Shown here piece by piece: positions 9,666 to 18,264 of a stretch of DNA of 64,000 nucleotides; positions within the stretch are counted from its first letter, which is position 1, and the number at the start of each line of letters is the position of its first letter. The stretch is taken from positions 297,929 through 361,928 of the forward strand of contig CAZQKK010000001.1 in NCBI GenBank assembly GCA_964593885.1. The letters are read 5' to 3'. This stretch comes from an uncultured Candidatus Saccharibacteria bacterium (GTDB lineage Bacteria > Patescibacteriota > UBA1384 > CAILIB01). The position numbers and the translations under genes were made by a program. The notes below the pieces were generated by a model. That model was given only the letters and a program-made list of their open reading frames with translations. It did not search any database and was not told the origin of the DNA.

Positions 9666-10514
9666 CTACGACTTTTTCCTAACCTTAACCGTTACGCCAT
9701 CCTTACCTTTTGCGGTTTTCTCCTCCATAATTTCTTTTTTCATCACTGGGGAGTGCTTAAAGCCTGGGTGCTTCTTATCTGCTTCCTCAACCACCTTTGT
9801 TAACCCGGTGAGAGCAAGATCCTGCTTATTTACCGACATCTGTTGAACTATCGAGAATGAGGTACTCACAATCCAGTAGAGTGCCACACCCGCTGGGAAC
9901 CTCCCCGCAATGAAGAGGGTGAGGAGAGGGAAGATGTAAGCCATTGTCTTCTGGCTGGCGACTGTGGGGTCTAGCTCGCCGTTTTTAGCAGGCTTCACCT
10001 TTGCAAGGGTGAGGCGCATCTGCCAAAACTGGAGTGCTGCGGCAATTCCTGGAAGTACAAAGGTTGTGTCTGGCTTTAAGAGATCGATACCAAAGAACAT
10101 AGTCTGCACACTCTCTGGGCGTGGCAGCCAGCTGTAGAGGTGAGGAGAATTACCCCCAATCCCATGGAGAATTGCGTAGTAGAGGATAAAGAGAATTGGC
10201 AGCTGAATCAGTGCAGTAATGCAGCTTGAGAAGGGATTAATACCGTTCTTCTTGTAGAGCTCCATCTGGGCAACTGAGAGACCCTGTCTATCTGTACCGT
10301 ACTCATCTTTCAATTCTTGGAGGAGGGGCGCCAATTCCATGGTACGGCGCTGAGACTCTGCCTGTTTCTTTGTGGGGACGTAGAGGGCAAACCTAACTAC
10401 AAGGGTAAGGAAAATAATTCCCCAGGCCACGTGGTGACCAGGAACTGCCCACACAAAAAAGGTGAGGAGGTTGAGGAATGGGTAGTAGAGAATGAATTTG
10501 ATCAGTTCAATCAT
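9666..10514 (-). CDS. yidC: Membrane protein insertase YidC/Oxa1 (short form)
   Basis: MELYKKNGINPFSSCITALIQLPILF motif, 5 TM segments, upstream of yidD-rnpA-rpmH. Confidence 0.85.
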   Translation of the reverse strand: MIELIKFILYYPFLNLLTFFVWAVPGHHVAWGIIFLTLVVRFALYVPTKKQAESQRRTMELAPLLQELKDEYGTDRQGLSVAQMELYKKNGINPFSSCITALIQLPILFILYYAILHGIGGNSPHLYSWLPRPESVQTMFFGIDLLKPDTTFVLPGIAAALQFWQMRLTLAKVKPAKNGELDPTVASQKTMAYIFPLLTLFIAGRFPAGVALYWIVSTSFSIVQQMSVNKQDLALTGLTKVVEEADKKHPGFKHSPVMKKEIMEEKTAKGKDGVTVKVRKKS

Positions 10515-10543
10515 ACCTGGCTATCCTACCAGAAGTTTTAGTC

Positions 10544-10777
10544 TTACGTTAGAGGGTCAGAGCCACCTTTTGACCATGGGTTACAGCGAAATACTCGCCA
10601 CAGCGCCTTTAACCCACCTTTAACCACCCCATACTTCTCTACCGCCTGGTAGCCATACTCACTACAGCTTGGGTAGTACCTACAGTAGCCATATGGGTAC
10701 TGCGCCTTCCTTGGACTGTGGTCAGGAGACCAGTACTTCTGGTACCACCGTATAACCCTCAAAACTACTTGTTTCAC
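10544..10777 (-). CDS. yidD: Membrane protein insertion efficiency factor YidD
   Basis: YPSCSEYGYQAVEKYGVVKG...GGSDP signature; position between yidC and rnpA. Confidence 0.8.
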   Translation of the reverse strand: MKQVVLRVIRWYQKYWSPDHSPRKAQYPYGYCRYYPSCSEYGYQAVEKYGVVKGGLKALWRVFRCNPWSKGGSDPLT

Positions 10778-11100
10778 TTTTGGGGACTCAGTTTTTTAAA
10801 GGCTTGGGAAAGTGAGTTTTTCAGTTCTGTGTAACTCAAAGTCTCCACCCCAGAATAACCTCTTACCACCACGAAACTCTGAGGGAGGGTGATAGTGTTA
10901 AGGATGGCTCGTATCTGTCGTTTCACCCGGTTTCGTTCTGTAGCCAACTTAGAAACCTTCTTATCAACAATTACCGTTATTTTAAGTTCACCCGTGGCAA
11001 TACTGTGGATGCGTATGGGGCCATTACGAATAACCTCACCGCGTCTAAACACAGTGAGGATGTCATTCGTGGTATGTAAGCGCTGCCTCTTTGGGAACAC
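10774..11100 (-). CDS. rnpA: Ribonuclease P protein component
   Basis: Starts MFPKRQRL; basic 108-aa protein immediately downstream of rpmH; 4-nt overlap with yidD. Confidence 0.8.
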   Translation of the reverse strand: MFPKRQRLHTTNDILTVFRRGEVIRNGPIRIHSIATGELKITVIVDKKVSKLATERNRVKRQIRAILNTITLPQSFVVVRGYSGVETLSYTELKNSLSQAFKKLSPQK

Positions 11101-11110
11101 AGCTTCTTAC

Positions 11111-11260
11111 TTAGTACTTTCGCTTATCGTCTGAGACGGTGAGCTTCTTGCGGCCTTTGAGTCTACGAGCTTTCAACACATTAATTGAGTTGAGCATTCG
11201 TGCACGAAAACCGTGAGTACGAACCCGCTTGCGCTTGTTGGGGTTGTAGGTTGGTTGCAT
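11111..11260 (-). CDS. rpmH: 50S ribosomal protein L34
   Basis: Manual translation [49 protein letters not shown] (not in ORF track, <60 aa). Confidence 0.85.
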   Translation of the reverse strand: MQPTYNPNKRKRVRTHGFRARMLNSINVLKARRLKGRKKLTVSDDKRKY

Positions 11261-11347
11261 GGTTCATATAGTAGCCTAGTTTTCAGGTTTAAACAAGTAC
11301 CCACAGTAGGGGCTGTGGAATACGTCAACCCTCGTAATCTTTACACT

Positions 11348-11356
11348 TGTGGATAA
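11348..11356. promoter_or_regulatory. Perfect DnaA box (TGTGGATAA = rc TTATCCACA) in rpmH-dnaA intergenic region
   Basis: 9/9 match to consensus seen in sequence, 21 nt upstream of dnaA ATG. Confidence 0.6.
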
Positions 11357-11376
11357 CTTTGTGTAGGCTAAGAACT

Positions 11377-12771
11377 ATGGCTGAACTCAACCTCCAGGAA
11401 CTGTGGCAGAAGGTAACCACCCCACTACTAGATACGTTTGATGCACGGGTTTTTAATCCCATCGTCAAACCAGGAAGTATTATTTCGCTCTCTGTAGAGG
11501 AGTTGAGAATTTCTGTGGATAACCCTATGGGAAAACAGTTCTTCAGGAAGTACTGCGAAACACGCGTTCTAGAGAATATTGAGAAGGAGACAGGTATTTC
11601 TCCAGCAAAAATTACCTATGTCGTTCGCCCCCTCAATAAAGAGAGGATGAAACCAACTATAGAAACAAGTGAACCTCAACTCTTTCGCCCATCAAAGGAG
11701 CGTGGGTACACAGGAGAGCTTGTGGGCAACTCTCAAATCACCTCAAACCTCAATACAAAATATACTTTCAGTAATTTCATTACGGGCACAAAAAATAGGC
11801 TAGCCTTTGCTGCTGCCCAAGCAGTTGCCGAGAGTCCAGGAAATCTCTACAACCCCCTCTACCTCTATGGTGGAGTTGGACTTGGGAAAACCCACATCAT
11901 GCAGGCGGTTGGTAACGCAATTATTGAGCGAGATCCTAACGCAAAAGTACTCTACGTTGCATGTGAGAGTTTCCTTAATGAATTTGTGAGCTCCATTAAG
12001 AAGGGGAGTCCAGACTCATTTAAGAAAAAGTACCGCAACATTGATGTATTCCTTGTTGATGATATCCAGTTTATTGGGGGGAAGGATGGTGTTCAGGAAG
12101 AGTTCTTCCACACATTTAATGAACTACATCAAGCAGGAAAACAGATTGTGATGACCTCTGATAAGAGGCCAAGTGAAATTAATGGATTAGAAGAAAGGCT
12201 TGCGAGTAGGTTTAGTATGGGAATGGTTACTGATATCCAACTCCCAGACCAATCCACACGTCTAGCCATCCTTCAAACAAAGTGTCAAGAAAAAGGAATT
12301 TCACTACCTGAAAACATTCTCCGTTTTGTGGCGGATGAAGTTGAGACAAATATTCGTGAGCTAGAGGGTGCACTAACCACCCTTGTAGCCCATCTCCATG
12401 CCCAACAAGGGGATCTAAGTATTGAAACCACCCGCAAGGTACTCCAGGGGATTATTTCGCAACACACAACACCACGGAAGAGTAAGGTAGATGTGCTCTG
12501 TGAGATTATCTGCACACAGTATGGGGTTCAGAAAGAAGCTGTACTTAGCTCAGCGCGCCAGAGAGAAATTGTGAGACCGCGTCAGGTACTGATGTACCTA
12601 CTGAAACATGAGGTTGGAATGACGTACCCAATGATTGGGAGAGAAATTGGTGGGAGAGACCATACCACAATCATGCATGGTGTTGAAAAGATTACTACTG
12701 AACTAAAGAAAAACCCTGAACTACTTGAAGAATTACAAGGAATCAAACTTTCGTTCTATGATTCTAAATAA
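11377..12771 (+). CDS. dnaA: Chromosomal replication initiator DnaA (start taken at MAELNLQELW; track start 11347 overlaps the DnaA box)
   Basis: AAA+ Walker A GGVGLGKTHIM, Walker B VFLVDDIQF, C-terminal DNA-binding domain GREIGGRDHTTIMHG. Confidence 0.9.
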   Translation: MAELNLQELWQKVTTPLLDTFDARVFNPIVKPGSIISLSVEELRISVDNPMGKQFFRKYCETRVLENIEKETGISPAKITYVVRPLNKERMKPTIETSEPQLFRPSKERGYTGELVGNSQITSNLNTKYTFSNFITGTKNRLAFAAAQAVAESPGNLYNPLYLYGGVGLGKTHIMQAVGNAIIERDPNAKVLYVACESFLNEFVSSIKKGSPDSFKKKYRNIDVFLVDDIQFIGGKDGVQEEFFHTFNELHQAGKQIVMTSDKRPSEINGLEERLASRFSMGMVTDIQLPDQSTRLAILQTKCQEKGISLPENILRFVADEVETNIRELEGALTTLVAHLHAQQGDLSIETTRKVLQGIISQHTTPRKSKVDVLCEIICTQYGVQKEAVLSSARQREIVRPRQVLMYLLKHEVGMTYPMIGREIGGRDHTTIMHGVEKITTELKKNPELLEELQGIKLSFYDSK

Positions 12772-13038
12772 TTGTAATAGTAGTAATAAGGGTTGGGGAA
12801 AAGTGGATAACTCCATAAAAATCTTTCCTATAAACAAAAAAGGCTACCTAAGTGCTTGGGGAAAACTTTGGGAAAGAATGGGGAGAACTAGTAGTAGTCC
12901 ACAACAACCACAAGGCTATGGGGAAACATTGTGGAAAACAAAAGAATATCCACAAAAACATCCACAACCACACACTAGATATAGAATAAGTTATTCACAT
13001 GTTTTCCCCACGTTATCCACACACAGAACGGGAGGTAT
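12772..13038. promoter_or_regulatory. Putative oriC: AT-rich dnaA-dnaN intergenic region with cluster of DnaA boxes (12802-12810 AGTGGATAA; 12946-12954 ATATCCACA; 12958-12966 ACATCCACA; 12991-12999 TTATTCACA; 13013-13021 TTATCCACA perfect)
   Basis: Boxes read directly; canonical position between dnaA and dnaN. Confidence 0.65.
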
Positions 13039-14151
13039 ATGAAATTTAGCTGCAACCGAGATATTCTTGATAGGCAACTCCAGTTTGTGAGTAGGGTGGT
13101 AACTACCCGCACGAGCATGCCAATTCTCTCCAACCTCCTCTTAGAGACAGATAAGGATTTTATTAGGATTAGTGCTACAGATTTAGAGCTTGCAATTGCA
13201 ACAACTGTTCCCGCCACAATTGAGCAGCAGGGAAGTTTTACAATACCTGCAAAGCTATTCCAAGACTTTGTCCACCAAAACCCAGATAGTGAGGTTGGAT
13301 TTCTCCTTACATCCTCAGAACTAACCTGTACTAGTGAGCAGGTTACCGCAACGATTCCTGGTATTGATCCTGAAGAGTACCCACCACTTCCAGTGGTTAA
13401 GGAAACTACTGAAGTAATCCTTAACCTACAAGAGGTGGTTGAGGCACTGAAGCAGGTGGTTATTGCGTGCGCCCAAGACCAAGGTAGGCCGGTTCTTACG
13501 GGGGTACTCATAAAATTTTCACCAAGCGGTACAACTTTTGCAGCCACTGATAGCTTTAGGTTGGTTGAGAGACACCTACCTTCAGCCGTTGTCTCAGAAG
13601 AGAGGGAGGTGCTCATTCCTATGAGAACTATTCAGGAACTGATCAGAATTGCTGGGCAACTATCTAACGAGAGTCAAATCACAATACTCTTGGCTGAAAA
13701 CCAACTCGTGATACAGGTTGGGGGAGTTGAAATGTACTCTAGGCTACTGATTGGCAACTTCCCAAAGTACCAATCAATTATTCCAAAAGATTTTCAGGCG
13801 AGACTCCATGTTTCGGTGGCTGAATTTAGCCAGGCACTCCGCCTAGCTACGGTATTCTCTACAAGTGGTATTACTAATGTAATTATTGATGTAGGTGAGG
13901 ATGGAAAGGTGACTCTCTCAAACTACGCAACTCAGAGGGGTGGGGCTAAGTACATCCTTAAAACTCAACTAGAGCCAGACTATAAGCCAGTGAAGGCTGC
14001 ATTCAACACGCGCTACCTACTAGATGCTCTAAGTGTAACTGGGGAGAGTGAAGTAGAGCTCCAGATTAGCGGTAAGACATCACCCCTCGTGGTATCAGTT
14101 GGCTCACCAGATTATACCCAGCTGGTAATGCCTATTCGTCTCGATGCCTAA
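13039..14151 (+). CDS. dnaN: DNA polymerase III beta subunit (sliding clamp)
   Basis: MKFSCNRDILDRQLQFV start typical of DnaN; ~370 aa; follows dnaA. Confidence 0.85.
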   Translation: MKFSCNRDILDRQLQFVSRVVTTRTSMPILSNLLLETDKDFIRISATDLELAIATTVPATIEQQGSFTIPAKLFQDFVHQNPDSEVGFLLTSSELTCTSEQVTATIPGIDPEEYPPLPVVKETTEVILNLQEVVEALKQVVIACAQDQGRPVLTGVLIKFSPSGTTFAATDSFRLVERHLPSAVVSEEREVLIPMRTIQELIRIAGQLSNESQITILLAENQLVIQVGGVEMYSRLLIGNFPKYQSIIPKDFQARLHVSVAEFSQALRLATVFSTSGITNVIIDVGEDGKVTLSNYATQRGGAKYILKTQLEPDYKPVKAAFNTRYLLDALSVTGESEVELQISGKTSPLVVSVGSPDYTQLVMPIRLDA

Positions 14152-15219
14152 ATGGCAAAACTACTCCTTCCAGAAATCAGCCTAGAGTCTTTTAGGAACC
14201 ACGAAAAGGAAAGCTTTTCACTGGGAGAGGTGACGGTAATTCTAGGAAATAACGGGTCGGGGAAAACTGCGATACTAGAAGCAATCTCCCTTCTCTCAGT
14301 TGCTGATTCATGGAAGACAGATAGAGATAGTGAGGTTGTGCAGTGGGAGAAACCCTTCTGTAGGGTGGTAGGGGGAAGTAGTGAAGTGGTGATTCAGGTG
14401 AGCCCCGGTTTAAAGCGGTACCGGATAGATGGGGTAAGTAAGCGCTTGGGGGATGTACTTGGAAGGATGCCAACGGTACTATTCCAACCTGACGACAGTA
14501 TGGTGATCCATGGCTCACCAGCAGGGAGGCGAGCCCTCGTAGATAGGCTGCTCTCACAGGTAGTACCTGGCTACGCGAAGAACCTCCAACTCCTCCAGAA
14601 GGTGCTGAAACAGCGAAATAAACTCCTTCGCCAAGTACAGGAAGGTGCTGCTTCACTTGAGGAGCTACCGTACTGGGATGGTGAGTTAATGAAACTCATT
14701 CTCCAGATCCAACCCGCGCGGGAAAAGGTGCTTAATGAAATAACCCCAACAATCACCGAGTTTTTTCATGAACTCATACCTGAGATTGGTCAGTTGGTAG
14801 TTCACTACCAAAAATCACCTAATACACCAGGAGAACTACCAGAGGACTTCTTTGAGCACCAGCGCCACAAGGAGGTTGCTGCGGGGATTACCTTGTATGG
14901 ACCCCACCGCGAAGACATTACACTTACCCTGGACGGACACTCCGCAGACGCCACCCTCTCGCGCGGACAAACGAGAGCCCTCGTGTTGGCGATAAAGCTT
15001 GCCGAGCTTACCTACATTGAGAAGGTGTCAGAGGTAAAACCAATACTCCTCCTTGATGATATTTTTGCTGAGTTTGACCAAGAGCGAAGAGCTAAAATAT
15101 TTTCACTCATTACCAAGTACCAAACGGTAATGACAGTAACAGACCTAGCTGGGGTAGAGGAGAACCTACCTAGAGAGGTGAAAATCATCCAGCTTGAGCC
15201 ACAAAAAAACACCCCATAA
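14152..15219 (+). CDS. recF: DNA replication and repair protein RecF
   Basis: Walker A GNNGSGKTAILEAI, Walker B LLLDDIFAEFD; dnaA-dnaN-recF synteny. Confidence 0.85.
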   Translation: MAKLLLPEISLESFRNHEKESFSLGEVTVILGNNGSGKTAILEAISLLSVADSWKTDRDSEVVQWEKPFCRVVGGSSEVVIQVSPGLKRYRIDGVSKRLGDVLGRMPTVLFQPDDSMVIHGSPAGRRALVDRLLSQVVPGYAKNLQLLQKVLKQRNKLLRQVQEGAASLEELPYWDGELMKLILQIQPAREKVLNEITPTITEFFHELIPEIGQLVVHYQKSPNTPGELPEDFFEHQRHKEVAAGITLYGPHREDITLTLDGHSADATLSRGQTRALVLAIKLAELTYIEKVSEVKPILLLDDIFAEFDQERRAKIFSLITKYQTVMTVTDLAGVEENLPREVKIIQLEPQKNTP

Positions 15220-15234
15220 CGGGGTGTTTTTTTA
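15203..15234. terminator. Bidirectional rho-independent terminator between convergent recF and rnj
   Basis: aaaaaaacaccccataacggggtgttttttt (perfect 7-bp stem, A-run and T-run). Confidence 0.7.
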
Positions 15235-15247
15235 CCTGAAGTATACG

Positions 15248-17332
15248 TTACACCTCAATAATCACAGGGATTACGATTGGTTCACGCTCAGTCTTGGTGT
15301 AGAGGTGCTTGCTTACCATGTCGCGTAGGTCAGACCTAATGGCGCCAAGATCTGCGTTTCCACCAGCTACCGCCTTGTTGAGGAAGTTCTTGATGTCATT
15401 TCGTACCTCGTTCACAAACTTCTCATTCTCACGCATGTAGATAAAGCCGCGTGAAATAATGTCTGGAGAGGTAACGAAAACCTTCTTCTTGGTGTCAAAA
15501 ACCGAGATGATAACGAAGATTCCATCTTGTGCCATGGCTTGGCGATCTCGCAGGACCACCTCTCCGATGTCACCAACACCAAGTCCATCAACGATAACGT
15601 AGCCAGCAGGTACTGCCTCTTCGGTAATGGTGACGTTGCCGCCATTATCCATTTCAAGAACAGATCCGTTGCTCGCAATGAGGATGTTGCTTGGGTTAAC
15701 TCCAACTTCCTGGACGATCTTGCCGTGGAGGATACGCCTTGCACGTTCACCGTGCAGCGGCATGAAGTACTTAGGCTTCATGAGAGCCGCCATCAGCTTG
15801 AGGTCTTCCTGGTAGGCGTGGCCTGAAGTGTGAACGTCATGGGTCTTGTTGTAGATTACGGTAGCGCCAGCTCTGTAGAGGTGCTCCATAACGTTCTGTA
15901 CCGACCTCTCATTTCCAGGAATAGGGGAGGCCGAAATGATAACGGTATCACCCTTCTTGATCTTGATGGTACGGTGTTCACCCTTTGCCATGCGGGTGAG
16001 GGCGGCACGCTCTTCTCCCTGAGCACCGGTTGCTAGGATGAGGAGCTGGTTGTCGTTGAAGCGCGCAACCTCTCTATCGCTAATGAGGGTGTTTTGGGGA
16101 ACATTGAAAGCTTTGAGCTCAACCGCCATGGTGAGGTTGTTCTGGAGACTTCGCCCAGCAGCAACCACCTTCCTTCCAGTCTTAGAGGCTGAGTTAACTG
16201 CCATCTGGACACGGTTCAGGTCTGAGGCGAAGCAGGCAATGATCACCCTTCCACTTGCCTCCTGGACACCTTGGAGGAGGGCAGCTTCAACAGTCTTTTC
16301 AGAGATTGAGTGACCTGGCCTGTCGGCGTTGGTAGAGTCTGAGAAGAGGAGGTCTACACCACGAGTTCCGATAGATGCGAGATCTCTGAAGTCTACGGGA
16401 TCACCAGATGCTGGGGTGTAGTCAAACTTCCAGTCTGTTGCGTAGACAATTCTTCCGTTTGGAGTCTCAATCTCGAGGCCAATACAGCCAGGAACTGAGT
16501 GGATGAGTCTGAAAGGCCTTACCCTGAAGGCACCAAGTTGGAGAACGTCCTTACCTGGCTCAATGGTAACAAGCTTATTTCTCCCAGTGAGGTTGAACTC
16601 CTCAAGGCGACCCTTAACCATACCGAGGGTGATTGGGGTTCCGTACATGGTAGGGAAGCCAAGTCTCTCGATGATGTAGGGGATGGCACCAATGTGGTCT
16701 AGGTGTCCGTGGGTAATGATGGCGCCGCGGATCTTGTGCTTTCGCTCAGCTAGGTAGGTTACATCTGGAATGATGTAGTCTACACCAAGCATTTCTGAGT
16801 CTGGGAAGAGGAATCCCATGTCGACGATGAAAATGTCATCACCATACTCAAAGGCTGTCATGTTCTTTCCAATTTCCTCAAGTCCTCCGAGTGGGATAAT
16901 TCTAACCTTCAACTCAGGCTTGTTGCTCTGAGGAAGTGGACGAATTGGCGCAGGGAACTGCTGTACCTGTGGTTGGTGTACTGCAGGCCTGTGTTGTGGG
17001 TGGGTTGGGTTTGGGATATTCCTCATACCAGGACCCTCAACAGGTTTTGCTACCGGACGTGCAATAGGTGGAGGCGTGAGCCTTCCAGGGCTTGCCTGGG
17101 TACGAGGGCGGGCTGCCTGGTAGAAAACCGTTTTGCTTGGCTGCTGTTGAGCTGGTTCAGCTGGTTTTTGAGGAGTTACTGGGGTGCCCGCAAGTGGGAT
17201 GCTTGCAATTTGTTGGCCTGCTGGAATTGGGAGCGGGCTTTTCTTAGGACGACCGCGACGCTTTTCTGCTGTTCGGCCTAGTTTTGATTGATTTTCGTCT
17301 GAGAAGACGTCTTTATTTGTAATGATGTTCAT
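15248..17332 (-). CDS. rnj: Ribonuclease J (metallo-beta-lactamase/beta-CASP) with ~140-aa Pro/Gln-rich N-terminal extension containing RRGRPKK (AT-hook-like)
   Basis: HGHLDHIG metal motif, beta-CASP region, 694 aa. Confidence 0.85.
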   Translation of the reverse strand: MNIITNKDVFSDENQSKLGRTAEKRRGRPKKSPLPIPAGQQIASIPLAGTPVTPQKPAEPAQQQPSKTVFYQAARPRTQASPGRLTPPPIARPVAKPVEGPGMRNIPNPTHPQHRPAVHQPQVQQFPAPIRPLPQSNKPELKVRIIPLGGLEEIGKNMTAFEYGDDIFIVDMGFLFPDSEMLGVDYIIPDVTYLAERKHKIRGAIITHGHLDHIGAIPYIIERLGFPTMYGTPITLGMVKGRLEEFNLTGRNKLVTIEPGKDVLQLGAFRVRPFRLIHSVPGCIGLEIETPNGRIVYATDWKFDYTPASGDPVDFRDLASIGTRGVDLLFSDSTNADRPGHSISEKTVEAALLQGVQEASGRVIIACFASDLNRVQMAVNSASKTGRKVVAAGRSLQNNLTMAVELKAFNVPQNTLISDREVARFNDNQLLILATGAQGEERAALTRMAKGEHRTIKIKKGDTVIISASPIPGNERSVQNVMEHLYRAGATVIYNKTHDVHTSGHAYQEDLKLMAALMKPKYFMPLHGERARRILHGKIVQEVGVNPSNILIASNGSVLEMDNGGNVTITEEAVPAGYVIVDGLGVGDIGEVVLRDRQAMAQDGIFVIISVFDTKKKVFVTSPDIISRGFIYMRENEKFVNEVRNDIKNFLNKAVAGGNADLGAIRSDLRDMVSKHLYTKTEREPIVIPVIIEV

Positions 17333-17343
17333 GAATATGTGGG

Positions 17344-17922
17344 TTAACTAACGGTCTCAGTGGTAATTTTATTGAGGAGCCGCGGGATTATTTGAAAGTC
17401 TTGTGTGAGAGTTTCGCGCATGGAGCCGTTATAGAGGGCAACTGCTGGGTGGTAGAGAGCGAGGTACACTTGGCCATGCAGTCGTTTGGGCTTTCCATGG
17501 ACCTCAGAGATTTTGAGATCGGGGAGAAAGTGGTTGAGTGCGTGTCTACCAAGGGTAACGATGAGTTTTGGTTTGATGATCGCCAACTGCCGGTCTAGGT
17601 ACGTGGTAGCGCATACCCCTTTTTCTTCTGGGAGCGGGTCACGATTGCCGGGTGGACGACACTTCACAATGTTAGTGATAAAAATGTCTTCTCGCTTCAA
17701 ACTGATAGTACTAAGGAGGCTATCAAGGAGGTTGCCGGATGCTCCGCAGAACGGAACACCTAGCTCATCTTCTTTCTTTCCTGGTCCCTCACCAATAAAT
17801 ACAATTTCAGCGTGAGGGTTTCCTGTGCCGGGCACAGCGTTGGTCCTGCCATGACAGAGAGAGCACTTAGTGCAGCCATGCACTTCGCTTGCAATGGACT
17901 CAAGCGTCACTGCGGGATCCAT
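17344..17922 (-). CDS. Uracil-DNA glycosylase, family 4 (Fe-S type)
   Basis: GEGPGKKEDELGVPFCGASG and HPAVALYN motifs; N-terminal Cys cluster CTKCSLCHGR. Confidence 0.8.
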   Translation of the reverse strand: MDPAVTLESIASEVHGCTKCSLCHGRTNAVPGTGNPHAEIVFIGEGPGKKEDELGVPFCGASGNLLDSLLSTISLKREDIFITNIVKCRPPGNRDPLPEEKGVCATTYLDRQLAIIKPKLIVTLGRHALNHFLPDLKISEVHGKPKRLHGQVYLALYHPAVALYNGSMRETLTQDFQIIPRLLNKITTETVS

Positions 17923-17971
17923 ACGGAGGAGAGGAGAAGAGAGAAGCGAAAGGTTTCACGATGATAGTAGC

Positions 17972-18256
17972 TTATTCAGTGGGAATAGTCAACCTGAAGC
18001 AGGTGGGATAGGGGAGGTTTTTTGCTGTGGCAAAAGCTTTTAGGTGGGCCAGTAACCTAGACTCTATAAGGGTAAATTTCAAACGGTTTGCGTGTGAGAC
18101 TTGTAGGTTCATTACCTCATTTTTGAGCGAGACTGCTCTGAAGAGTCCGGGGGCAAACTTCTCAGCCTCAAGGCACACAATACCAGCAGTCACCATGGGC
18201 GAGAGTCCCTGTGAAGCATGTTTGCTCGTAGTGATCTTACTGAGCTTATTCCACAT
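17972..18256 (-). CDS. Hypothetical small protein (94 aa)
   Basis: ORF fills gap between pbp2 and udg on same strand; no motifs. Confidence 0.25.
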   Translation of the reverse strand: MWNKLSKITTSKHASQGLSPMVTAGIVCLEAEKFAPGLFRAVSLKNEVMNLQVSHANRLKFTLIESRLLAHLKAFATAKNLPYPTCFRLTIPTE

Positions 18257-18264
18257 GTAGGAGC

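Noticed and set aside
11347-11376. Track start of dnaA at 11347 (MWITLCRLRT...)
   Set aside because: That start overlaps the perfect DnaA box, and the added 10 residues are non-conserved. The start at 11377 (MAELNLQELW) fits DnaA N-termini better.
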